IMG/VR virus record: IMGVR_UViG_3300032096_000018
Span: 1 to 54,391 of that record
From: a virus
Lineage: Duplodnaviria; Caudoviricetes
Strand: one strand, 5' to 3'
Length of the DNA: 54,391 nt
Positions 1-12,000 of the stretch are shown piece after piece. How positions within the stretch are numbered: position 1 is the first letter of the stretch; each line of letters starts with the position of its first letter. Under the pieces are notes generated by a model, which worked only from the letters and a program-made list of their open reading frames with translations, was not told the origin of the DNA and made no database searches. The position numbers and the translations under genes were made by a program.

Positions 1-90
1 ATGGTCATCGAAATCCTGGCCGGCGCCGCCTTCTTCATCGGCGGTTTATGGCTGATGAAAAAGGCGTTTGAGGCGATCGGCTTACTTTAG
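1..90 (+). CDS. Small hydrophobic peptide (29 aa, MVIEILAGAAFFIGGLWLMKKAFEAIGLL), possibly 5'-truncated
   Basis: ATG at 1, TAG at 88-90, one hydrophobic stretch; converges on the giant gene. Confidence 0.35.
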   Translation: MVIEILAGAAFFIGGLWLMKKAFEAIGLL

Positions 91-3000
91 CACCACCCGG
101 TTGTACAGGGTGTTGAACCGCTTGATCTCGGCCACGATCTCGTCGTCGATCGCCTCAACCCGATCCTTGCTGGCGTCCCGCGCCTTGAGCAGATCCTTGC
201 GCTTGCGCAGCGCTTTCAATCGCTTCTCCGTGGTCTTGAGCCGGCCGAGCATCTTGCGCTCGTCAGCAAAGCGCGTGGCGACCTCCTGGTACTCCTCGCC
301 GGTGAACGTGTCCAACTCCCGCTTTAGCGTCTCGAGACTGCTCTTGCGGTCGTAGTACATCTCGTAATCCATCGTGTCGTACTCGCTGCCGAACAGCTTG
401 CGGTAGAACGGCGCGTTGCGCTTCTCGATCTCCTCGCCAGGCGCCGCGGCCCGATACCCGGTGTCGATCGTGTTGAGCACGAAATGCCCGGCGCCGCCCG
501 TCATCGTGCTAACCAGCAGATCCAGCGACTCCGGCGACACGTCGAACGCCCCCGACCGAAGCTCGTTGCCGCCGGTAAGCTCATTGAGCGTCTGCGTGAT
601 CCACTTCGACGGCGCCGAGGCGGTCGCGAAATACCGCTCGCTGTCCGGCCGCTCCGAGAATGGGTTTTGGTCGGGCATCAGCGGCCCGCCGTGCCAGGCC
701 GTGTTGGTGGCGATGCTCACGCCCGGATCAAGCAGCGTCGGCGACAGGGTGAGCAGCGGCGAGGCAGACGAGATCGGGTTGAACGCGTCCATCGTGGCCG
801 TCGCCAGTCGCCCGGCCTCCCCGGCAATCGAGTAGGTCGGGATCGGGTCGATGGCGTTGCTCACGCCGCGGCCGATCGTTTGCCCGACGACGTGGAACAC
901 GTTGTAGCCCCAGGGCGCCGGGATCGTCACATAGTCGTCCTTCCCGCCGCCGTAGACGATAACGATGTTCCGGTCTTTGACGTGGTTCGGCAGCTTGTCG
1001 TACCACGTCAGCCCGTCGTCGTCCTCGTCGCTTAGTGCCCGGTTCACCATGTCGAGCACCGCCGCGGCAACTACCGTGGCGCCGGCCATCGCCTGCACCT
1101 TTCGGCTCTTGCCCAAGGCGCTGAACATGCGGGCCGTGCCCTGCACGCTGGCGTTGAAGAACAGATACATGGTGTTCATCAACTGCCCCTGCGCGCCCCG
1201 GCGGTTGAAGTTGACCGTCAGGTTCTTCGCCAGGTTCGCCGCCTTGGCCGAGCTCATGCCGTTGCGTCGACCGTGAACGAAGGCAGACAGTCGCACCGCG
1301 TTCTCGATCGCGTTGTTGGCATCCATGATGAGATCCGACGCCGCGCGCAGCGCCTTTTTCGACCGGTGCCCCGGGCCGATCATCGCAAGCTCGCGGTTGA
1401 TCGCGTTGGCTCGATCCTCGACGTTCTCGTAAATGTCCATCCAGCCGACCATGCCACCGGCCCGCTCGAACTCGTCGGCCCAGCGATCCCACTCGGTTTC
1501 TACCGTGCCGCGCCGGCTGCGCCACATGGCCTTGATGCCGTGCTTCGATGCGTCCTTGACGATCCGCGTCGCCATGTCGTGAAGCTCGGTGTCGCCGAGG
1601 TTGTAGAACGCCGTTTGCAGGTCGCGGGCGTAGTTTGTGATCGTGAACTCGGGGTTGAGCGAGGTGTTGACCATCGACAGCACGCGCATGATGCCGTGCA
1701 TGAACTGCATCAACTTGGGCATCTGCTTCTGCGTCAGGTTGCGCATTTCACTGACGAGCCGCATCGCCTGCGGATTCTTGTCGTTGAAGGTCACGCGCAC
1801 CGACTTGCCGCCCACCTTCACGCTCAACTCGTTGTCGCGCAGCATCGGATCAGGGCGGTAAACCACCTCGCCGGCCGCGTTTAGCGCGGCCACCTTGCGC
1901 GGCTTGTCGATCTCCCAAAGGTTCGGGTCGGGGTGCTCGGTCACAAGCTCGAGCAACGCCTGGCCGACCAGGTTCTTCTCGCCGCGCGTGGCGCTGGCCT
2001 CGTACTGAGCAACCATATGCGTGAAGATCAGGCCATGCTCGACCGGCTTGGTCGAGCCCGCCCGCACCTTCGACTCCTTGCCGGCGATATGGAAGCCCTG
2101 CCCCTTGGCCGGCATGTTGGGTACGTCGGCCAGGTCGCCATCCTCATCGGTGAGCATGTCGCGATGCAGCGGGACATAGTGCTGATACATGCTCGCCCAC
2201 GACTCCGCTTGCTCTGGTGACAGCAGGCCGTCGTCCACCATCTTTTCGAGGCGAGTGCGGTTCATTTCATCGACGCTCCGACCGACTTCCTGCATGTCCG
2301 CGTTGTCCGCGTACTCGGTCAGGATGGCGTCAGCCTCCTGGTTGCTCATGCCTGACAACGCTTGGTTGTCCTCCCGATCCGGGTTGCGCTCGGCCAGTAC
2401 CGCGTTTGCTTCCTTGGCGTGGCGGGCGTGCAGGAATCGACCTACCTCCTCCATGTCAAAGCCGCCGCGGTTCATCACCTCGAGGATCGGCTTGACGTGG
2501 AAATCATCGAGATCATCGAGCCGCTTGCGCGCCCGGCCGGCGAAGTTTTCCTGCGCCATCATGGCGTCGGCCGTCTCGGGAACGGAGCCCGCCGCTTTCT
2601 GGAAGTCGGCGAGATCCTTGAACCGATCCACGATGTTGTAGATGAACGAATCGAGCGCCTTGTCCGACGACGACTTGAGGCGGGTGAATCCGCCGTTGCG
2701 CGGTGGGCGCTCGGATGCCGTCGGGCCGCGGCTGAAATGAATCCGCGGGTCGGAGCCATCGAATGCGCCGCTATTCGGGCCGGAGCCATCCATCGGCTGC
2801 CCGTTGAACAGGGAGCGAACCGGCCCATCTTCTGCCGACTTGATTTGCTCGGGCTCGAATGCGACGAAAACGGAATGCGGCCGGGTTGCGGTGACGTTGT
2901 AGGTGTCTACCGTGTTTCGGATTACAAGCCCGTCGTGTCCGTCGCGCTTTGCCTGCTCAAGCTGCTCACCCTGGGCGGCCGGGCCGCCTCGGGCGCCCCA

Positions 3001-6000
3001 AGACCGGCCGCCGGCGTCCACTTCCATCGGGTTTTTGATCGACAGGTACAGTTGGCCGATCGCGTTCTCGGCGTTCTGATAGTCAAACGCCCGGCTGTCA
3101 TCGGCATAGGTGCGCGCAACGTCACGGCGATCGGTGAAGAAGAAAGCCGCCTCCGGGTCGTCCTCGCCGTATCGCTGCCACATCGTTTGAAATTTGCCGT
3201 CCTGATCGAACAGGCCGCGAGCGTCGGGCGATCCGTGGAATGCCACCATCGGGCGCCCCTGCTCATCGACCACCCTCGAGTCGCCGAACCAGCGCCAGAA
3301 GTTGCGCACGCCCTGCTCATCGGCAGCGATCGGCTGGCCGTTGCTGTTTCGCGCCGGGCGCCGCTTGCCATCCACTTCGATCGCGTCGGGGAGCGAGTCG
3401 CCACCCTGCGATCGCGAGTACCAGGCGCGACCGTCGCTCGAGGTAACGATCTCGCCGATCTCGGCCATCGATCGGATGCCGCCGCCTTGGCCCGAGACAA
3501 AGCCATCGAGCACTCGCGCCTTGCCCTTCTCCACCAGGTAGCGCGCGACGTTGTTCGCCACTTCCTCGCTCGACGCCTTGATGATGGTCGCCGCGGCGCC
3601 GCTGTCATGCAGCGCCTTGAGGATGCGGGGGATCGTGTCGCCATCGCGAAGGCGTGACATTTCCTCGTTGGACAGCGCCAGGCTGCCAATGACCTGATGG
3701 GTGTTGGCAAGCAAGAGGATGCCGCTATCGGCGTCCATGTCCTCGACAAACGCCTTCGCATCAGCCGGCGCCTTGATCTCGGGTGCCCCGCTCATTCGTC
3801 GGCGCCGCACCTGGCTCTCGGTGATTGAGATAGTGCGGTCTCGTCGCGCCGGCGTAATAGCGATGGTGTCGCTGCCATCGCCCAGCGCGTCGATAAACGT
3901 CGCGCTGCGCCCTTCGCCAAACACGACATGGCCGGCCGTCTCAATGCCGGAGCCATCCAGCGCTGTGTTCAGTGTGCCGGTGATACGCAAGTCGGCTCTT
4001 GAGGCGATCATCCGGCCGCTTGGATGGTTGTGCCCAAACCAGACTTGCTTCGCGCCAGGCACCGACGCGACGGATGATGCGATCACGCCCGGATCTGCCG
4101 GCGCAGACGACATATCGCCCTTGCCGTGGCGTTGCAGGTCGAGGATCTTGCCGTCGCCGTCAGTCACCAGGGCATAGAAGTTTTCCACGCCATGCTTTCG
4201 GATCGGCGCCATGACGTGCGCCGCCTGCTCGGCGCTCGAGACGGTATCGAATGCCGATTGCACCTTACCGATCGGGACGCGCTTTCGCTTGATGCGGAAG
4301 TTGTCGGCAAGCTGCGCCTTTTGGGCGGGCTCGCTGGGCGCCGGATCCAAGTCGAGGGCGTACTGATTCGCCGGGTCGCGCACCTCGGACTGCCGCCCTG
4401 CCGATCGGGCGTACCGGGTTTGCTCAACGAACGCCCGCGCCGGCTCGATGTAGTCACGAACGATCTCGGCGTCAGTCACTCCCATGTCGCGGAACATCGG
4501 CACGTTCTCGCGGAGCCACTGGCGGATTGCGGCGATGGCCCGGCGCACAAAGCCGATCTCCGGCTTGTCCTGGGCAAGCTCGGCCAGCACCTCCTCGGCG
4601 GCGATGCGGCGATCGCTCTGCATGCGCTCGCGAGCCAGCCGGTTCAACTCGTCCAGCGAGTAGGTGCGCCCGTCGGCGTCGCCCTCCTCGGCCACCTGCA
4701 TGCGCGCGTCGCGCAGATTGGTGACAAGTCCGTACTCCTTCGCCTTGGCGCGAATGTCGGCCGGCCGCGCCTTGGCGAGCCGATCAAGCTCGCCGTCCAG
4801 CGCATCACCGAACACGCCGCGCAGCCCGTAGTGGCCCAACGCCTCGTGGAACAGCACGCGCTCGGCGTCCTGCACCGATCCCAGCGCGCCAGAAACGACG
4901 TACACGCGCCCCTGGTAGTAGAACCCTTGGGGCTGCCCTTCGGCGCCCTGCGATAGCTGGCGCTCGTTCTCTGCCTGCACGTCGCTCGGCACGCGCGGGT
5001 CGCTCATGCTCTCGACCACAATCGCATCGGGTGCGTTTGCCCAGCCCTTCGTGATGCCGCGCACGGCGCGCTCGACTTGCTCGTGCATACCGAAGGCCGC
5101 GCCGGTCTGACTGGCCCGGCTGAACATCACCACGTTGCCGTCGGCGCCCTCCTCCGTCTCGATCACCGAAAACAGGGTGTCGAACGCCTGGGTGATGGGC
5201 TCAAGCTCGTCGGGAAGTAGGTACGGATAGCGCTCGGGGTCGCGCGTGAACTCCTCGACCGAAACGACGTTCGCCAGGAACTCGTTGCGCCCACTCTCCT
5301 GGCGCATCTTCTCGATCATGTAGCTCTCGAAGCCGCGGGCGGCCCGCTCGATGATCTGCGACCAATACTTCTTGCTGCGGCTGCCGTCGATCGCCTCGGT
5401 GCGCTTGGTCATCGGCGACTTGTCCAGCGCCTCGGTTAGCTCGGCGAATGCCGCGCCCACCTCTGGCCGGATGCCGCCGACGTACTCCCACTGCGACCGG
5501 TCGCGCCCGGCGGGCAGGATCTTTCGGCCACCCATGTACGACTTGCCGGCCATCGCGTCATCAAAGTGCCGCTCGGGAATGCGGATCGACGGGCGATCCT
5601 TGTGCCGGTAGTAGTTCTCCGGCCCGTAGGTGATGAAATTGTCCTCGGTCTTGTTCGATGCCGGCTCGCCGCGCTTCAACTGGAAATGGTTGTCGAGCGC
5701 GTGGAACCACTCGTGCGCCAGGCTGCCGGCGCCCCGGGTCTTAGTCAGGTTGATAACGAAGGTGTCGGGCTCGAAGTGCGCCGATGCCCAGCCGCGACCG
5801 CGGGCGCCAAAGGCAATGCCCAGCCGGCCGCCAAGCGAGATCGCACGCGGCGGCACGCCCAGCACGTCGGCCATGTCCATCAGGCCGTCATAGGCCGCGT
5901 TCAGGATGCCTTGGCGCTCCTTGGCGTTCTTACCTTGCTGAACCCATTTCCCGAACTCGCCACCACGGAACCCGAAGGTGTCTTGGAACTGCTCAACGGT

Positions 6001-9000
6001 AATGTCGCGGCCGTTGCGGTGATCCTTGCCGATCCGGTCGCGGTTGTCCTTGCGGCGAAGGTCAGTTTTCCGCACGTTGTCCCGTGCCTTGATCGCCTCC
6101 CATGCTTCGGCCAGGGCGTCGGTGTTGCTGCGCAAGAACTCGCGCGCCTCGTCCACGGTGTCGAACTGGCGCAGCGTGCGCATCTGCTTGTCACCGGTGC
6201 GATTGATCGTCACCTCGCCGGTGCGCGTGTTGCGCCGGATCTCGTACTTGCGGCGCTCGTCGGCGCTCGATTCCTGCTCGGGCTCGGACTGCGCAAGGTA
6301 CTCGGCCACTTGCGGCGCGATCTCCTCGGCCTGGCCGGAGCCCTCGAAGCTCTTGCGGCGGTCATCGACTCGAACCGCGACCTGCGGACTTTGGACGGTG
6401 TAGGTGTTGCCAGGCGGTCCCTTGATCTGGTGCGCATCGGGGAACTCCTCGACGTGACCAATGCGCGACCACTCCGATTCATCAATCTGCTCTAGCAGCT
6501 TGACCTTGGCGAACATGGTGCGCTTGAGACGGCGGTACTCCGGCTCGTCGGCCACCTCCTCGATGCGGTCACGAGTAATCCGGCCGTCGCGGATCGCCTC
6601 AAAAATGCCGCGCATCATCTTGACCTCATTCACCCAAGCGCGCTTCTTCCACGCATCGCGTGGCTTGCGACGGATGTTTGAGCGCGCGGCCGTGGCAAAC
6701 GCCCGGCCCCACTTGGTCGGCATTTCCTCGATCTCGGACAGCGGCCAGAGCTTGCTCAACGGCTGCTTGCCGATCTCGTCGTCGGTCATTTCGCCAATGC
6801 TCGACCGCTGATCGCGGCGGGCCGGCGGCAGTGCGTCGCCGAACTGATCCGGGGTGATTTGTGTATCACCGTCGGCGGTTTCGTTATCAGCAACGTCGGT
6901 TGCTTGTTGCTCGTTATCGTCAACCGGCGCGTCCTGGTCAGCGCGATCATTGGCGCCGCCATCGTCGTCCACTTCACTGCTGGGGAATTCCCGGGCGGCC
7001 TCGAGCACGTCGTCAATCGGCGCGTCCAGCCGTATCACGCGAACATCGCTGCCTTGATCGGCATCAGCCATCCACTGGTGATGCCCATCGACTACATGAT
7101 CGTCTGACGATACGAGAATGGCTCGGTCGCCGCCCTCGCGATCCTTGGCGGCGTCAATGCGCGCCTCGGAGAATTCGCGCTGGGTCGGTTTAAGGGACAG
7201 GGCCGGTACCGTTTCCTCGACGCTCTCAATTCCCCGAGCAGAAAGGAAATTTGCCAAGGCGCCTCGGTGCTCGGATTTGACTTGCGGCATTTCCGATCGA
7301 GGTATGCCGCGAGTGCCCGACTCATCGGAAAAGGACGACCACTCATCATCAATGGGGGCGCCCCGCATGTTGCGGGCTTGCTGGTCGGATTCGGCGCTCT
7401 GGCCGTCTGCCGCCGAGATCGGCGTGGCGTAGTCGTCCTCGATGATCTCGCCGGCGGCGTTCTCGTAAACGCCCGGCTCGTCATCGAGCTCGCGCAGTGG
7501 CTCGCCGGTGGCGCTTTCGTGGGTCGGGGTGAAGCCGTCGGTTACGCCTTGCGCGGCGGCAGGGTTGCCGACTTGATCCGCGTTCCCTTCGGCAGTGTCG
7601 CCAGGTACTCCGGCGTCACTTCGGGCTGGCGTGCGCTCGACGCCTGGCGGGTCTTGCTCGCGGCCGGCTCGGAGCCCATCGCGCTCGCGCTGCTGCTTGT
7701 GCTCTTGTAGGCGCCGCTCCGCGCGCCGTTCCGCTTGCTTGAGGTCATTGGTCGCTCCGCTTGCGATTCCGTAGCTCAATCCGATGCCGGTCTTGGCGGT
7801 GATCGAGCCATCGTCGTGCTCAAATACGATAGTAGCGCCTGCGAGGCGATCTGCAATGCGCTGCATGGCCTGCTCGGCATCGGCCTCGCTGTCGGCCTGC
7901 ATCCAGAACTCATCGCCGGACTTGTGGTAAGCCTCGACGCCCTCGCCGGCCAGCGCCTCGCCAATCAGGGCAAGCATCTTGTCGCCCGAGGCGTGGTCGA
8001 AATTGTCGTTGATCCACTTGAGCGAGTCGGCGTCGATCGATACCTGCACATCGCGCGGGCTGTTCGCCCACGCGCGCACCAGCGCCGCGCCGTTTCCGAG
8101 GCCGGTCATGGGGTCGGTGTAAACCTGCGCGCGAAGCTGCTCGATCGCCTGCCGCATCTGCTCCGGGGTCATGGCCGCCGGGTCGGCGTCGGCCGCCAAG
8201 GCGCGAATGTTGGCGTTTTCATCGGCGCGGCGGTCAGCATCGGGCTCGGCCTGGGTGGCTGCGTCCGGCTGGCCGGTGGCTTCCGTGGTTTCTGCGGTGT
8301 CTGTGGCCTCCGGCTGCGGCTGGGCGCCCTGGGGAACCAGCACAAAGCCGCCATCGACGGCTTGCAGGTCGTGGGTCTTGGCAAGCCCGCGGTTGGTGCG
8401 TGCGGTCTTGGCGGCGCGCTCGGTGGCGAACGGGGTACCGTCGCTCTTGGTCTGGGCGCCTTCGGGGATTCCTACTTGAGCGTCCCGCGCTTGCGGTGCT
8501 TCATCGTTAGCTCGGGGATCTCGTCCCGACGCCTCTCGACCGCTCGACTCGTCCCGGGCTCGTTCTTGCCCACCCGGGCGATCTGATCCAGTAGCAGGTT
8601 GTCCGCTTTCGGTGAATAGGCCGGACTGCGCCCCGGGCTGCCCTTCTTGTTGCTCGATTCGGTCACGCTGCGTCTCCAATGTCTGCTGCGGGTCGGCGCG
8701 GTCGCCGAACATATCTTCGCCCGGCATGGTGGCGCGGGCATTCTCAGTGTAGCCAACCAGGCCGTCCGTCACCTTGGCCTTGGCCCGCGGGCGCTTGAAC
8801 GCCTCATCGCGGAAGAACAGGCGCAGGAACGTCTCGGCGACCGGGTTGATCGCATCGCCAGAAAGCAGATCACGTTGATCGGCCAAGCCCTTGATTGACT
8901 TGCCCTCTTTGCGAGCGCGCATCACCACATCAACGGCTTCTGTCAGCGCGTCGGTCACGTCCATCGCCGGATCGATGTTGCCGGCCTCGGCCTCGGCGCG

Positions 9001-12000
9001 CATCTGCGCCCACTGGCCGGCGGCGTCGATCAACGACTCGCCGATGCCCTTGATCTCGGTGTCGGCCGACTCGGCAAGCTCGGCGATCAGGCCCGGGTTG
9101 TCGTATGCCTTGGCGAGCAGCGCGAGCCGCAAACGGCGAGCACCGTCGGCAGACAGCGTGCCGTCGCCCTGCATCATGCCGGCGGCGCTGGCCGGGCCGC
9201 CAAAGTCGTTGATGGCCGATCGAACGAAATCGCGGTTGGCGGCTGTGTTCACGTCGCCGCCGCGGTAGTTCCCGATCGTCGCGTCGCTCATCGTGCGCGC
9301 GTCGGTGATCGCCTGCTCGGTGGCGGAAAGCTCAGCCCCGGCCGCCATGTTCGAGGCCGCGCCCGGGCTCTCGAGGTCGGCAATGGCGTTCTCATCGAAC
9401 AGCCGCACCATCACCGGGTTTTCTTTTGACTCGATCGCGGCGCGCGGGATGCCGTGGGCCTCCTCATCGAGCAGCATCGCCTCGCGGTAGTTGCTTGCCG
9501 TGCCCTGCTCCCACGCGCTCTTGAGCCCGGCCGCCCGGCCGTTGTTGAGCGCAGTCAGGCCGCGTGCGCCGTACTCGTCGTTTCGGTTGCCGCTGGCATC
9601 GTGGGACGGTTGCAGTTCGGCCGCCTCGACAACGGCGTAACGCACGGGCACCCGGCGGGAGCCGCCGCGGCCGTCGGCCATCGTCACGGTGTCCTCACGC
9701 CCCATGTCGGAGTCGGCGACGTTGTAGCCGTCGCGCGGGAAGGCCATTGGCGCGCCCGAGTCGGGCGTGCGGGAAATGCTCACCCGGTCATAGTCGGGGT
9801 TAGTCGCAATGTCGCGCACCTGCGCTTGCAGGGCGGCCCGGGAGCGATCGCGGTTTTGCAGGGCGTCGGTATCGAGTCGCCCGGCCACCTCCTCCTCGGG
9901 AGCGGCGACGTTGGTTTCGCCGCCGGCCGCGTTGGCGGTCTGCTCGGCCTCGTTCAGCGCGCCGGCCAGGCTTTCCGCGTCGGCAAGCTCGGATCGAACG
10001 ATGTTGCCGTCGGCGTCGGTTGCCTGCACGGCCTGGGCGGAATCGAGATCAATGTCGCCCTTGGGCTTCTGGTAGCCAAGAATGGCCGCGCGCACTTCCT
10101 CCGGGGACAGGCCGGTTTCCTCGGCCTCGAGGATGCGGTCGCGCTGGGTCACGTCGCGGGCGATCCATGTGCCGCCATCGACTGACTCGACCGCCAAGCC
10201 GACCTCGGCCGCCTGGCGCGCCTCGCCGGTCAGTTGATCCGTGGTGCCGTCAAAGAAAACCGGCTCCTCGCGGGCGCCATCGCGCAGCGCGCGGATCTGC
10301 GCGTTGATCTGGTCGTCGGGCTCCGGCATGGTGCCGCTCGGCCCGGCGTCGTCCTGCGCAAGCACGGCGGCCGGGGTCACGTCCGGGGTGCCGGCCCCGG
10401 CCGGGGTCATCGGGTTGGAATTGACCTTATCGTTGGCGCGTGTTGCGTCGCCCAAGTCGATCGGCGCGCCCTGGTCGCCGTAGGCCATGCCCTGCGGCTG
10501 GTTCAGCGCGCTTGCCAGCGACGGGGCCGCGGCCCGTCCAAGCGGGCCGGACTGGCGCACCTGGTTGATCTGCTCGACCGCCTGCTCTTTCGCCTGCGTC
10601 TCGGGCGCCGGGGTGTCGTCGCTGGTGATCGCAGCAAAGCGCGGGCCGTTCTCGCCCGGGATCACCTGCACCACGTCACGCTTGCCGTCCGGGCCGCGCA
10701 CCATCGCCTGATCGTCGGCCAGGGCGGAAATGAACTCGCGTTCACCCAGCCCTTCGACAAACACGGAGCGATCGGGGTTGATCGGCTGCTCGGAAGCCGC
10801 GGCCTCCTGGCGCTTTTTCACCTGCCCGTCGGCGCGATCGACAACGTACTCGTCCGGGTCGCCGGCGCCCTTATCCTCGGGCGAGACTTCGCGCCGCGCC
10901 TGCTCGCGGGCGGCCTGCCAAATCTCGTCGGGGATCTCGTCAACGCTGCGGCCGTTTTCGCGCGCCCACTGACCTGCCAGGTCGCCGGCCCGCTTGTTGA
11001 TGTTCGTCTCGGGCTCGCCATCGCCCGGAGTGCCGTCGTTGGCCCGTGGCTCCTCGCCTGGGCCGGCCGCTCCCTCAATCACGCCGGCAGCCGTACCGGT
11101 CGGCCCGCCGAAGGCAAAGCCTTGCGCCGCGGCAACGCCAGCGCCCTCGGTGAGCGACTGATCCTCGTCCACCTTGCCTAGCTGGTAGTTTTCGGCGCCC
11201 TGCTGGAATGCCTCATCACCCGCCTGGGTCGCCCCTTCGGCTGTGCCGACCTTGGCGCCCTGCTTGATGGCGCCGCCCATGCCGCCGCGGTTCTTCTGCC
11301 ATGAGCCGGTGATTACCCGCTCGAGCCCGCGCGATGCAGGCAGGGCGTTCATCAGGCCGGTGAACATGCCGGCCGTGACGCCGGCGGTGGTCGATAGGTC
11401 GTCGGCGATCGTCTTGACCGCCTGCTCCTCGGTCGCGCCCTCGGCAAGCAGCGCCTCGTACTGGCTCTTGACCGCCGGCTCGGCGGCCTGCATGAACTCC
11501 TCGGGGCCGAGATCCACGAGCGAGTCGTAGGTCTGCGATTTGGTCATCGCGCCCGACTCGGCCATGCCGACGCCCACGGCGGTGCCGGTGCCGGCGTAGT
11601 TGCCGGCCTTGTTCGCCGCCTCGTCGCTCTTGCCCAGCCTCTTGGCCGCGCCCTTGGTGAGCGCCTTGGCGCCAAGGCCAGCCAAGCCACCGGCAACCGT
11701 CGTCGGGCCTTCCTCGGCGAGCAGGCCGGCGAGCAAATCCTTGTCGCTGAACGTGTGGCGCAACCAGGCCGCACCCTTTGCCAACTCGCCGTCGGCCGCC
11801 TCAACGTCTCGATCCCGGGCCTCAATGTCGGCCTGATACTGCGCGCTGCGCTCGCCCTCGGCCTCCTCCTGCATTTCCTGGCCCTTGGCCCGCAACGCGT
11901 TGTCCATGCCGCCCAGCGGGCGGGCAAGCAGCGTGCCGATGGTTTCGGCGCCCTGGCCGGCGCCGGCTTTCAGGTCGGAACGTCGATCGCCACCCCATCC

